Shown: in pieces, positions 19,867 through 29,345 of the stretch
Layout of the letters: every line of letters begins with the position of its first letter
Numbering within the stretch: position 1 is the stretch's first letter
Sequence record: MZ622713.1
Length of the DNA stretch: 64,000 bases
Strand: one strand, 5' to 3'
The notes under the pieces: model-generated
Seen by the model: the letters and a program-made list of their open reading frames with translations, nothing else
What the model was told of the DNA's origin: nothing
The model's database searches: none
Program-made: the position numbers and the translations under genes

Positions 19867-20928
19867 TTACTCGGCACCAATAGGTGGAGAAGTAGGTGCG
19901 CCTTTGTTACCGGTATGCGTGTGTGCTTTTAACGACACGTTACCAGCAATAATGTCTACGTCAGACTTAATGGCTTCTTTGGCTTCGATACTACCAGAAG
20001 TAACCAAACCACCGCCACCGCCACCTGCCCCGGCTTTACAGCTCATAGAACCTGCCACGCCAAGGTTACCTTGGATACCAACGTTACCTTTGATACTCGT
20101 AGTAGGTGACACGATATTAATAGAGTCACCTTGCCAATCTGTAGTCTTAGCTTTCATGGTGAGACTGTCAGTTGTCACATCCATAGTCCCAGCGTTCATC
20201 ACAAAATCATTACATTTAACAAAGAACTTATCCGTCTTCATGTTAATGGATTTAGCGGCATCAAATAACTGGGTGCCCTTATTAATGAGGGAAATGTCTT
20301 TCCGGTTGATATTGAAAATAGAACCTTCTCGGTTACGCATCACCCAAGAGTGTTTCAAGGAATCCAAAGCAAACGCGTTTTGTTCAGTGTCTGTTAAAGC
20401 CCACGTCCCTTTACGGGTATTGAAACCTAAACGATAAGCCACAGGTTCTTTGTTAGCTTGAGTGGTCTTAAAGACTACTTCTTGGTGTCGTGTGGAGAAC
20501 ACCAGCGTGTAATAATCTTCAAAACTAAAAGGTGCGTTTTCATCTTTATTTGGATTGGCGTTCCATGCATAGAGTACGTGTTCTAAGCGGAAAGTCTCAT
20601 TACCAATCCCCCACGTGGTCCAATAGAGTTGGTCGTCGTCATTGAACTTGTAGATGGACACTTTGGTTCCAACTCGGACATCTGGGGCGGTTAAACGGTT
20701 AGGATTGAAGGAGAGCCACTTAGCAGTGTAGAAATTAGAACGTAAGACCTTACTGGTCTGGTAACCGTTCTCACCCGTAGGATTAGATACGGAAAGTTGT
20801 GTGGCGTTAGCGATGCCTGCACCATCAGTTTGAGGGAACTCCAATTTCGTCGTGACTTTAACGTAGTAAGAATTCTCAGGTTTGTTTTCTAAAACCGTAC
20901 CCACACCGATGAAATTAAGTAAATTCAT
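19867..20928 (-). CDS. Baseplate central spike (gpV-like / phiKZ gp164-like)
   Basis: OB-fold-like N-terminus, beta-helix-like repeats and C-terminal SLKAHTHTG (HxH iron-binding tip) plus PTSPP; divergent from sbcC. Confidence 0.8.
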   Translation of the reverse strand: MNLLNFIGVGTVLENKPENSYYVKVTTKLEFPQTDGAGIANATQLSVSNPTGENGYQTSKVLRSNFYTAKWLSFNPNRLTAPDVRVGTKVSIYKFNDDDQLYWTTWGIGNETFRLEHVLYAWNANPNKDENAPFSFEDYYTLVFSTRHQEVVFKTTQANKEPVAYRLGFNTRKGTWALTDTEQNAFALDSLKHSWVMRNREGSIFNINRKDISLINKGTQLFDAAKSINMKTDKFFVKCNDFVMNAGTMDVTTDSLTMKAKTTDWQGDSINIVSPTTSIKGNVGIQGNLGVAGSMSCKAGAGGGGGGLVTSGSIEAKEAIKSDVDIIAGNVSLKAHTHTGNKGAPTSPPIGAE

Positions 20929-20973
20929 ACACGGAGTCCTATAGATAAGTAAGGTAAATTAATCGAGTTTAAA

Positions 20974-23451
20974 ATGATCACAGAATTACGTTTAAAAAAT
21001 AACACGGGGTTATTGACCAAAGGAACCGTTTCAGTTGAGCTTTCTCTAAGCGACCTTGTGAACATTTTTATGGGTCGCAATGGCTTTGGTAAAACTAGCA
21101 TCCTAAATGAATGTCATCCCCTACCACCTGACAACGCTGATTACGCTAAAGGTGGTTACAAATACGTTAAGTGGGTAGTGTCTCCTCAGGAGTTCTACGT
21201 TATGGAGTCACACACCGGCTCCAGCTCCACACACTCTTTCAAAAAGAATGGAGTAGAGGAACTGAACACTGGCGGAACACTTACCGTACAAAAAGAGTTA
21301 TGTAAAGAGTACTTTGGACTCACTCCTAGTTTAGTTAAATACATGAGTGGTCTGAAAGTGAATGATTTGTTCACAACGTTGTCCACTATGGCACGTAAAC
21401 AAATCATCATGGACATGTATCCTAATGACACTCGTTATGCGGTTAACGTCCACAATAAAATCAAAACTGAGTTGCGTAACTGCATCGGTGCGATTAAGAA
21501 CCAACACCATCGCTTAGCGGAAGAAAACCAACGCAAAGAACAATTGATGGGTAAAAGTGTCGAAGATCTTGAGAAAGACATCGAGCTGCTCGACTCCCGT
21601 ATTAAAGAAGCCATGGTGCTATCCGGTGCTCTGGCACACATCGAAGCTCCTGATGATTCATTGAAGCAAGACATTCATCGTTTCATCAAAGCCACTAAGG
21701 AACTAGTGGTGGGTTCGGTGACTTCTATCCAGACTCAAGAAGAACTGGAGCGTGAAGTATTACAGTACAAACGCATTATGACTAAACTTAATACTGCGGT
21801 GACTGTACGACGCTCTAAGATCACAGACTTGATGGAGACACTCAGTGGTGTTAACTACGTTACTGAAACTCCAGAGGTGTTGGAAGAACAACTAAAGAAC
21901 CTCCAAGTGGTACACGACCAAGACCGCATCACCTTAGAGGGCGCTAAACGTATCGTTGAGCAAACCTTTGGTGAAATCGATGAGTCGGTAGTAGACCTTA
22001 TAAGTCGTGCGGCTCGTCAGCTGGTCCCGGTTTTGGAACAAGTCACCCTAGCCAGCAGTCCTAAGATTTGCACGCTCGATTACCGTTTATGGGAAGAACG
22101 CTTAGAAGAAGTGAACGCTCAAGGTCGTAACTTAAAGTTCCAAGTTGAAGAACTGCGACATGCGCTTAAACACTTTGATATGACGGAAGACATTCAGTGT
22201 CCAGATTGTGAACATGAGTTTAAGCCGGGCTTTGATATTAAAGACGTGGAAAACAAGCGTCGAGAGCTGGACCGTCTAACCGAACAGTTAGGTCGTGCAG
22301 TTAAAGAACGTGATAAGTTGAAAGCAAGACTGGAGTTAGATGAGGAGTTCTATACTTCTGTAAATAAGGTCGTTTCAACCACACGTTATTTAGATGATAA
22401 TGAGAACACCTTATTATGCATCTTGAAAGACCATAAGGTCGGTTATCGTAATGCAGAGCCGTTGATCAATGGCATTAAGACTGCGGTACTGTATCGCGAG
22501 AAACGAGACCTATTAAAACAACATGAATCCGAGATTCAATCGTTGTCTATTCGTATTGATACCTTACGAAGAAATGATATTTCAGAACTGGGGCGTCAAT
22601 TAACAGAGCATGAATCGTTATTGGCGAGTGAACAAAATTCATTACGTCGATTTAACGAAAAGCTTGAAACTGTTGAATACAAACTGGAGGAAATGCAAAG
22701 CAGAGACACCAAAATAGATTTACTTGGTGCACTAGGGGAACACATCTTAGATTCCTTTAGAGCCACGGGTAAGTATATCTTAAAACAAGCCACTAATAAT
22801 GCAATCAATGACTGGGTACCAACGAAAGATCAACACATGCAGATGTTGATTCGTGGTCGCAGTACGGAGTCCGTGATTGAATCCATTGAACAAGATATTG
22901 TTCGTCTGGAGGAACGTCGTGAGAAACTTCAATTATTACAAGATACGATCTGTCCTAATAAAGGTATGATCGCTAAATTGATGGAAGACTTTATTAAGGC
23001 ATTTGTGGGGAACATGAACTCTATCATTCGAGAAGTGTTCACAACTCCACTGTACGTTTTGCCGTGTCTCAATAACAAAGGCGAGTTGTCGTACCGTTTC
23101 CCTGTCATTAACTCTGTAGATGGTAAGCCGTCAAAAGACGTTAGTGATTGCTCGGGTGGGGAACAAGACATCATCAACCTTGCTTTCCGTATGGTGTTGA
23201 TGCGTTATCAATCCCGTAACCGATTCCCGTTGATACTGGATGAGGTAGGAGTAAAACTTGATACGTTCCACCAACAACGTTTGTTTGATTTCATCTTGAA
23301 CATTTCTACCAGTGGCGATATAAGTCAGATACTCATGGTTTCTCACTTCTTTAGTCACACTAGTATGTTTAAAGGTGCTAACGTCATAGCGCTAAATTCC
23401 GAAGGCATCTCGGTACCTGAAGACGCTAACCGTAATGCCAAGTTCAAATAA
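20974..23451 (+). CDS. sbcC: SbcC/Rad50-like ATPase
   Basis: Walker A GRNGFGKTS, coiled coils, zinc hook CPDC, signature CSGGE, Walker B LILDE, H-loop VSH. Confidence 0.9.
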   Translation: MITELRLKNNTGLLTKGTVSVELSLSDLVNIFMGRNGFGKTSILNECHPLPPDNADYAKGGYKYVKWVVSPQEFYVMESHTGSSSTHSFKKNGVEELNTGGTLTVQKELCKEYFGLTPSLVKYMSGLKVNDLFTTLSTMARKQIIMDMYPNDTRYAVNVHNKIKTELRNCIGAIKNQHHRLAEENQRKEQLMGKSVEDLEKDIELLDSRIKEAMVLSGALAHIEAPDDSLKQDIHRFIKATKELVVGSVTSIQTQEELEREVLQYKRIMTKLNTAVTVRRSKITDLMETLSGVNYVTETPEVLEEQLKNLQVVHDQDRITLEGAKRIVEQTFGEIDESVVDLISRAARQLVPVLEQVTLASSPKICTLDYRLWEERLEEVNAQGRNLKFQVEELRHALKHFDMTEDIQCPDCEHEFKPGFDIKDVENKRRELDRLTEQLGRAVKERDKLKARLELDEEFYTSVNKVVSTTRYLDDNENTLLCILKDHKVGYRNAEPLINGIKTAVLYREKRDLLKQHESEIQSLSIRIDTLRRNDISELGRQLTEHESLLASEQNSLRRFNEKLETVEYKLEEMQSRDTKIDLLGALGEHILDSFRATGKYILKQATNNAINDWVPTKDQHMQMLIRGRSTESVIESIEQDIVRLEERREKLQLLQDTICPNKGMIAKLMEDFIKAFVGNMNSIIREVFTTPLYVLPCLNNKGELSYRFPVINSVDGKPSKDVSDCSGGEQDIINLAFRMVLMRYQSRNRFPLILDEVGVKLDTFHQQRLFDFILNISTSGDISQILMVSHFFSHTSMFKGANVIALNSEGISVPEDANRNAKFK

Positions 23452-23459
23452 ATTTTAGA

Positions 23460-23477
23460 TCTATATTACCTGAGTGT
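23460..23477 (+). promoter_or_regulatory. Putative phage (virion RNAP) early promoter
   Basis: TCTATATTACCTGAGTGT; contains the TATATTAC core described for phiKZ early promoters; the motif recurs six times, always intergenic. Confidence 0.7.
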
Positions 23478-23541
23478 ACTTAGTGATTCGTTACAGCTAA
23501 ACCACTTTTATGGACACTCAGCTTCTTAAAGGAATTTAATC

Positions 23542-23817
23542 ATGTCGAACACAAGAGAACCCGTGCACCTAAATGGTGCGTATGATGGTAACGGCATCAT
23601 ACATCAAGATCCTAACGGTGCTGAACGTATCCGTGTGGAGTTTAACCGTTTACACAACCACCTGCAAGCATCGGTGTATATCAACGAAGTCAACCAAGGT
23701 TTTGTTACCTTCGGTATGAACAACGAACGTGTAGTAAACACCTTTGTGCAAGGTTATTGTGCAGATGAAAACCGAGTGGTGGAATCTATCCAGAACATCA
23801 TGTCGGAAATTCACTAA
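23542..23817 (+). CDS. Hypothetical protein
   Basis: 91-aa ORF with AAGGAA Shine-Dalgarno, first gene after the promoter motif. Confidence 0.75.
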   Translation: MSNTREPVHLNGAYDGNGIIHQDPNGAERIRVEFNRLHNHLQASVYINEVNQGFVTFGMNNERVVNTFVQGYCADENRVVESIQNIMSEIH

Positions 23818-23878
23818 ATAAGTTTAAGTTCGTAGGGTGGTTTCCATCCTACGAGCTTGCTTCTTTCTTGGAGTTTTT

Positions 23879-24307
23879 ATGCAAGGCGAAATACCTTTAA
23901 TGGGGACTGAGGGCGTTTATGGTGCTGACTACTTCCGATTAAAACTTGGTTTTAAGATTTCTTACTTTCCCCGTGATGACTTAGTCCGACTCACTATTGA
24001 AAATGAATTCGGTAGAGATGGTGGTGAGTTCGTCACCGAAAAATTTGAGTTCATGCAATTTGTAAATTGGTTGGATGAATTACCAGAAACACCGATCGAG
24101 TTTTCTTTAGACACCATGATTAAAGCAGTAAAGGACAAAAATGTCTTTACGACTAAAGTCAAAGAAAACCACCGTGACAAATACGTAGAGATGATCGAGG
24201 AACTGTTAAACGCATTTAAGTCACAATCACTTGATGCGAATTTCTTTATCCGTAATGATCTCTACACTTTCGCCAGACAGCTGGTATACGAAAAACACAT
24301 TAACTAG
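23879..24307 (+). CDS. Hypothetical protein
   Basis: Start revised to ATG 23879 after GGAG; in operon. Confidence 0.7.
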   Translation: MQGEIPLMGTEGVYGADYFRLKLGFKISYFPRDDLVRLTIENEFGRDGGEFVTEKFEFMQFVNWLDELPETPIEFSLDTMIKAVKDKNVFTTKVKENHRDKYVEMIEELLNAFKSQSLDANFFIRNDLYTFARQLVYEKHIN

Positions 24308-24319
24308 GAATTTAAATCA

Positions 24320-24955
24320 ATGCGTATTAATTTCGACATGGATGACACTTTGGTGGCAACACACGCTTACATCCGCGATAACTTATCCCCGTCCACTAAT
24401 GAGACTGCGCGAGTCATGCGTCAGTGTGATGAGCAAGGTCATGCCTACATCCATGCAGGTAAAGATCTCCAAGATGACATCTATGAACAAATCCTACGTA
24501 AAGAAGACTTTATGTTAGAGTCAGGCATCGCAGCTTGGGTAGAGAACCACTTCGAGGAGTTCGTGGAGTTTATCAACGAGCTTAAAGAACTGGGTCATAC
24601 TTTCAGCATTTGTACTCATCGTGGTTGGACTGAATACGGATACAGCAAAACTATCCGTTGGTTATCGGCCAAGGGGCTGGAGTTATTCGACGACATTCAT
24701 TGTTTGGATTCAGAAGAGACACCTTGTAAGTTATCTTACCTACAAGAAACTTACGGTAACGACTTTATCATCGTAGATGACAACCCGTCTTTTGAAATCG
24801 ACCGAGCTAAAGAACTCGCTTACAACAAACACGTATTGCAGTGTGTTGGCGAACACACCGTGCCTAACTACGTACACTTCCGTACGTTCAGTACGTTCCA
24901 TGAATTCAAATCCAATCTATTGACTTTATTAGGAGTCCATAATGAGTCTGTATAA
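24320..24955 (+). CDS. HAD-superfamily phosphatase (5'(3')-deoxyribonucleotidase-like)
   Basis: Motif I FDMDDTL, motif II ICTHRG, motif IV IIVDDNP. Confidence 0.75.
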   Translation: MRINFDMDDTLVATHAYIRDNLSPSTNETARVMRQCDEQGHAYIHAGKDLQDDIYEQILRKEDFMLESGIAAWVENHFEEFVEFINELKELGHTFSICTHRGWTEYGYSKTIRWLSAKGLELFDDIHCLDSEETPCKLSYLQETYGNDFIIVDDNPSFEIDRAKELAYNKHVLQCVGEHTVPNYVHFRTFSTFHEFKSNLLTLLGVHNESV

Positions 24956-26906
24956 AACACGACTAGAGACTCTGGCTAAGTTGATTCGTTATCACGCTAA
25001 CGTTTACTACCGTGAAGACCGTAGTGAAATAAGCGATACCGATTACGACATGCTGGTGTCAGAATACAATCAGCTCATCGCTGATCACCCGGAGTTACTT
25101 ACTCCTGAATTAGATGTCTTTAAAGATCGTGCTGTGCCGATCGAGGACACTAACTCAGAGTTTGAGAAAGTGACTCACGAGCCACCGATGTTGTCTTTGG
25201 ATAACGTTTACTCTATCGAAGGATATGAGAACTGGTTAGGTAAGTTGCCGGAACAAGATCAAAAAGATCAAGCATTAGAGTGGAAGTTTGATGGGATTGC
25301 GCTGCGTCTGGTTTACGAGGACGGGAAGCTTACACAAATCCTGACTCGTGGCACTGGTCTGGAAGGCGAGAACATCACAGAGAACCTCAACAATTTCTCC
25401 TACATACCGGAAGAAATAGAAGGTGACTTTGCTGATGGTTTAAAAATCATCATTGATGGTGAAGGTGCGGTAGAACTCGATGTTTACAAAGAGCTAAACG
25501 ACTTGTTACCAACTCCTTATGTGACTCCTCGTCATGCAGCGGCTGGCATATCTCGTAATCGTAAGTTAGGGGATATCGTAGCTGGTTCAGTTACTTTCAT
25601 CGCACACTCGTTCCCAAGAGCAATCAAAAGTGATTATGAATCCACGATGTTTGCTTTGCGTAAGCTAGGGTTCAAAACGAGCTCGGATTACAACGTACCG
25701 AAGATTACCGAAGAGCGTCCTAGTCACATTCCTTTCGCTATTGACGGTATTGTGTCTAAAGTACGTAATCACGAACGTCGCGCTGAATTAGGTGAGACTA
25801 ACCATCATCCTCGTTGGGCGATTGCCTTTAAGTTCCCTACTTTAACGGCTGACCCTAAACTGGAAGATGTGGTATGGGAAACTGGACGTACAGGTTCGGT
25901 GACTCCAGTGGCGACGTTTACTCCAGTAATGATTGCAGGTGTAATGGTTCAGCGTGCAACACTACATAACTTCCGTACATTCCAACGAGAAGCAGAAGGG
26001 CTACGTGTTGGGTCTATCATTCGTGTCGGTATGGCGGGTGATATTATCCCTCAGTTCCACTCGGTTGAGAAAGTAGGTAAGGGGCGTCAATGCAAACCAC
26101 CTAAGTCATGTCCGGCGTGTGATGAGCCATTGCGTTATGAAGGCGGTGATCAAGAACAAATCTTTTTGACTTGTACTAATCATGCGCGCTGTCCTGCACA
26201 AACGTTAGGTCGTCTCTACAACTTCGGTAGTAAGCACGGTATGAACTTCCGAGGCTTAGGTCCTGCGACGATTCGTCGATTCCATCAACTGGGTTATTTA
26301 AACTCGTTCTTGGGTTTCTTCCAACTACGAGAGTTAACACAAAACGTTCCTCTTAGTAAGAACGAACAAAAATTGTTGGATGAGATCGACAAACGACGTA
26401 CTACCACGTTTGCTCGTTTCATTACCGCTTTAGGTATCAATGGTGTGGGTAAAGGCACAGCTCGTGATCTAGCCGAACACATCAAAGATAAGAGTGAGTT
26501 CTTCAACTTAATGGAAGATCAAAACTCACTAATGGAAATCCCTGATATCGGTTGGGGGATTAGTATGAACGTTGCAAGTTACGTTAAGGAGAATCGTGCC
26601 GTTATTGAGTCTTTATTAGATCTATTGGAATTCGAATCCGTGGAAGTTCCTAAGGACTTGATTCCGGTGGTAGTGACTGGTAAGTTCCCGGTACGCCGCA
26701 ATGAGATCGCAGAAGTGTTTGCTCGACACGGTTATGAAGTCACAGACCGAGTGAACACCAAAACCAAACTCGTTGTATTAGGGGATTTCTACACTAAACA
26801 CAAAGAGACCTCAGCTAACGAGCTAGGCATTCCGGTGGTGTCTATTAGCGTCCATCCTGAGCTATCCGTTAAAGACATTTTAAAAGAAGTACAAGGGCGT
26901 GTATAA
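24942..26906 (+). CDS. ligA: NAD-dependent DNA ligase
   Basis: YY..D...ISD..YD, MLSLDN, EWKFDG (adenylated K), TRG.G..GENIT, DGIVSK, PRWAIAFKF, C4 zinc finger, HhH repeats, BRCT-like C-terminus. Confidence 0.95.
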   Translation: MSLYKTRLETLAKLIRYHANVYYREDRSEISDTDYDMLVSEYNQLIADHPELLTPELDVFKDRAVPIEDTNSEFEKVTHEPPMLSLDNVYSIEGYENWLGKLPEQDQKDQALEWKFDGIALRLVYEDGKLTQILTRGTGLEGENITENLNNFSYIPEEIEGDFADGLKIIIDGEGAVELDVYKELNDLLPTPYVTPRHAAAGISRNRKLGDIVAGSVTFIAHSFPRAIKSDYESTMFALRKLGFKTSSDYNVPKITEERPSHIPFAIDGIVSKVRNHERRAELGETNHHPRWAIAFKFPTLTADPKLEDVVWETGRTGSVTPVATFTPVMIAGVMVQRATLHNFRTFQREAEGLRVGSIIRVGMAGDIIPQFHSVEKVGKGRQCKPPKSCPACDEPLRYEGGDQEQIFLTCTNHARCPAQTLGRLYNFGSKHGMNFRGLGPATIRRFHQLGYLNSFLGFFQLRELTQNVPLSKNEQKLLDEIDKRRTTTFARFITALGINGVGKGTARDLAEHIKDKSEFFNLMEDQNSLMEIPDIGWGISMNVASYVKENRAVIESLLDLLEFESVEVPKDLIPVVVTGKFPVRRNEIAEVFARHGYEVTDRVNTKTKLVVLGDFYTKHKETSANELGIPVVSISVHPELSVKDILKEVQGRV

Positions 26907-26934
26907 CGCCCTTTAACCCATCAGAGGAATAATA

Positions 26935-27243
26935 GTGATGAATAAGATTTATTTGGTAACGGTTCATATTGGTGAACTGTCTGGAGATCAGATTGAATCC
27001 CGTCTGAAAGCCTTCCCTAAGTCACGTATCCATTCGGTTGAAAAATACCAAGTGACGTACTACACCAAGATCAACAACGAACACGTTATCCTAAATGAAT
27101 TGGAAGATGTCACAGGCATTTCCACTGATGGTCTGGAACTCATGCAGTTGAATGACCATCATTTTGTTGTCGGGCTAAAAGAAAACGGTGATATCCATTT
27201 TAATAGGAAAGATCACTCTTTAGCAGACAAACTTTTCAAATAA
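26935..27243 (+). CDS. Hypothetical protein
   Basis: 102-aa ORF, GAGGAA Shine-Dalgarno, in operon. Confidence 0.7.
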   Translation: MMNKIYLVTVHIGELSGDQIESRLKAFPKSRIHSVEKYQVTYYTKINNEHVILNELEDVTGISTDGLELMQLNDHHFVVGLKENGDIHFNRKDHSLADKLFK

Positions 27244-27273
27244 CCAACCCATCAGTAACAAGGAAATATAATC

Positions 27274-28587
27274 ATGGCTAAGCCTAAACAAGCAGTTAAA
27301 GCACCTGTATCTCTAGCAACAGCAACACCATGTAAATTGGACGAAACAGCAACTCCTGAACCATCGATTCCTGAGCAAACAGGACACGATTCACTGCCGG
27401 AAGTCGAGCAAGAAATTCGTTACGTTCATACAGGACCTAAAGGTTCGGTGGTCACCAAGGGTGGTGAAGTGTTGTCGATTGACACTAAGAACACTGACCC
27501 GGTTAGTGTCTCGGAACTCACCCGCGAATCTTACGCATTAAGAATGACGTTAGAAAATGTCGTCAATCGCATGATGTACCGCAAGTTCTTTTCCGAAGAA
27601 CGTGTTTCATTCTGTGATCGACCTTCTGAAAACATCGAAGACGTGAAACTTTATCCTGTCGTGGTTAGTCCTGAACTAACAGTTTGGATGGACGAACACT
27701 CCTCACTAAACCTAGATAGCAACGGTGAGTGTGATGGTTTCTACTCTCGTGTTCAAGATGAGCTTAACAAAACCAAACGTGTGCTGGTTTTGATTAACTC
27801 CTGTGTTGAACTCGGTGTGGTCAAAGTCCATGATCAGTCTTCATACAACACGTCGGTTTTAATCAACTGTACTGGTAAAGTTAGCTCTATCGCTAGTTCA
27901 GTTGTGGCGGCGGATACACACCATAACCGTGCCGAACTTGAAGTTGGGTCTATGATCAACTCGGACATCACTTTCCGTGGTTGGAAACTGAAGTGTGACC
28001 GTTTAGATACTGTTGATATCAGTGGTTCAACTGTCACTGTTAATGGCATAATCGAAAGTTCAGCCATTGAAGATTCACATATTTGTGGTGACAGTTACAG
28101 CAGCATGGTGTCAACCAATGTTCGTAACTCTACGTTGTACGTCAAGTCTTTCCATCTAGGCAACCGTCATGGTAACGACGTCTGGGCACCTCGTATTAAC
28201 ATCGATCGTGAAGCGTTCTACTTGAATGATCATTCGATTGAGATTCGTCGTGGTTTTGAGTTTGACTATATCGGTCGTGGTTACCGCTGTAATGGCTTGA
28301 TGTTTGTACCTCTACGCAACACAGGTGATGGCATCACCAAGTTCTTGTTAGCAGCGCCTAACAAAGAAGGTCGTGATTACTCATCTCCTGAAGCTATGAT
28401 CGATTGGGATATGAGCCGTGACGAGCTACGTAAAAACGTTACTGCTTTGTTGTTCCCTGAATTAAAATCCGACAATCCTTTGGCAGGCGTTGGCACGCTA
28501 GAAGGTTCTATCATTAATGAAGCGGTTTCGGTCCTATACAACCGTCTACGCATTATTAAACAGACTCGCCTAGCATCTGCTCTGTAA
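27274..28587 (+). CDS. Hypothetical protein with Pro-rich N-terminus and possible beta-helix segment
   Basis: 437 aa, AAGGAA Shine-Dalgarno; short I/V-x-(D/N/S)-S-x-I/V repeats mid-protein. Confidence 0.7.
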   Translation: MAKPKQAVKAPVSLATATPCKLDETATPEPSIPEQTGHDSLPEVEQEIRYVHTGPKGSVVTKGGEVLSIDTKNTDPVSVSELTRESYALRMTLENVVNRMMYRKFFSEERVSFCDRPSENIEDVKLYPVVVSPELTVWMDEHSSLNLDSNGECDGFYSRVQDELNKTKRVLVLINSCVELGVVKVHDQSSYNTSVLINCTGKVSSIASSVVAADTHHNRAELEVGSMINSDITFRGWKLKCDRLDTVDISGSTVTVNGIIESSAIEDSHICGDSYSSMVSTNVRNSTLYVKSFHLGNRHGNDVWAPRINIDREAFYLNDHSIEIRRGFEFDYIGRGYRCNGLMFVPLRNTGDGITKFLLAAPNKEGRDYSSPEAMIDWDMSRDELRKNVTALLFPELKSDNPLAGVGTLEGSIINEAVSVLYNRLRIIKQTRLASAL

Positions 28588-28597
28588 CATTCAATTA

Positions 28598-28631
28598 GTC
28601 CCCAGAGAGCCTTACAGGGCCTCTGGGGGTT
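28598..28631 (+). terminator. Imperfect hairpin
   Basis: CCCCAGAG...CTCTGGGG stem between genes. Confidence 0.45.
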
Positions 28632-28644
28632 ATTAGGAGTTCCC

Positions 28645-29127
28645 ATGGATAATCTACCAACAACAGAAGTTCCCATTTGTATTAATGGGGTAGAAGAAAC
28701 CGTAACGGTAACCATTAGTAATAAACCGCTTTTGGTTCCTATGGCTATCAATGCAGTGATGAATGACGACCCGTTCATTAAACTGGCGATCAACGAATGG
28801 GTTTCTAAGTATCCCGCAGATGGTGTTATTTTCACCTATGTGAGCGATGACGGGCTTTTAACCATTGAGTTCCAACCAGAGTGCACTTTGGATATTGAAG
28901 TCGATCTGACGAAGCCTACGGCGTTCTGGACGTTCGATAGTTCTTGGTGTGGTCGACTAAGAGTAGAAGGTGCTTGTGGGATGTTCAACTCTCATATCCC
29001 TTCTAGCGGCGTTGTACTGCGTGACTCGTTCTTATTCAACCAAGACAACCTTACCCCTACAGCTAAGTTGTTTAACACGACTCTGATCTGTTTAGAAGGC
29101 AATGAACGCAGTGTACATATCACTTAA
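28645..29127 (+). CDS. Hypothetical protein
   Basis: 160-aa ORF, AGGAG Shine-Dalgarno. Confidence 0.7.
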   Translation: MDNLPTTEVPICINGVEETVTVTISNKPLLVPMAINAVMNDDPFIKLAINEWVSKYPADGVIFTYVSDDGLLTIEFQPECTLDIEVDLTKPTAFWTFDSSWCGRLRVEGACGMFNSHIPSSGVVLRDSFLFNQDNLTPTAKLFNTTLICLEGNERSVHIT

Positions 29128-29133
29128 GTTCCA

Positions 29134-29169
29134 TAAGTTCCTCTGTGCCATCGGGTGCAGAGGAACTTA
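29134..29169 (+). terminator. Terminator hairpin
   Basis: TAAGTTCCTCTGTGCC-ATCG-GGTGCAGAGGAACTTA followed by a T-rich tract. Confidence 0.75.
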
Positions 29170-29245
29170 ATTTAAATTATTTTTTAACTGCAATTGACAT
29201 CTCTTTGGGGAGGGGGAGAAAGAGATTAATTAAGATAACTATTTA

Positions 29246-29269
29246 TTATTTTGTATATATACAAAATAA
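29246..29269. promoter_or_regulatory. Perfect 24-bp palindrome, candidate operator
   Basis: TTATTTTGTATATATACAAAATAA, about 20 bp upstream of the promoter motif of the AraC-like gene. Confidence 0.45.
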
Positions 29270-29289
29270 GATGTTTAATATAAAACAAA

Positions 29290-29307
29290 CCTATATAACC
29301 TAGATGT
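29290..29307 (+). promoter_or_regulatory. Putative early promoter (variant)
   Basis: CCTATATAACCTAGATGT, preceded by TAAAACAA like the copy at 33560. Confidence 0.5.
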
Positions 29308-29345
29308 ACTCCTTGACATAATAAACCTTTACTAAGGAAAGAGAC

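Noticed and set aside
19904-20437. 177-aa antisense ORF with a poly-Pro run
   Set aside because: Mirror of the Gly-rich spike C-terminus; no RBS.
22300-22850. Seemingly AT-richer segment in sbcC as a possible recombined patch
   Set aside because: Impression only; it falls in a variable coiled-coil arm and needs a computed codon or GC scan.
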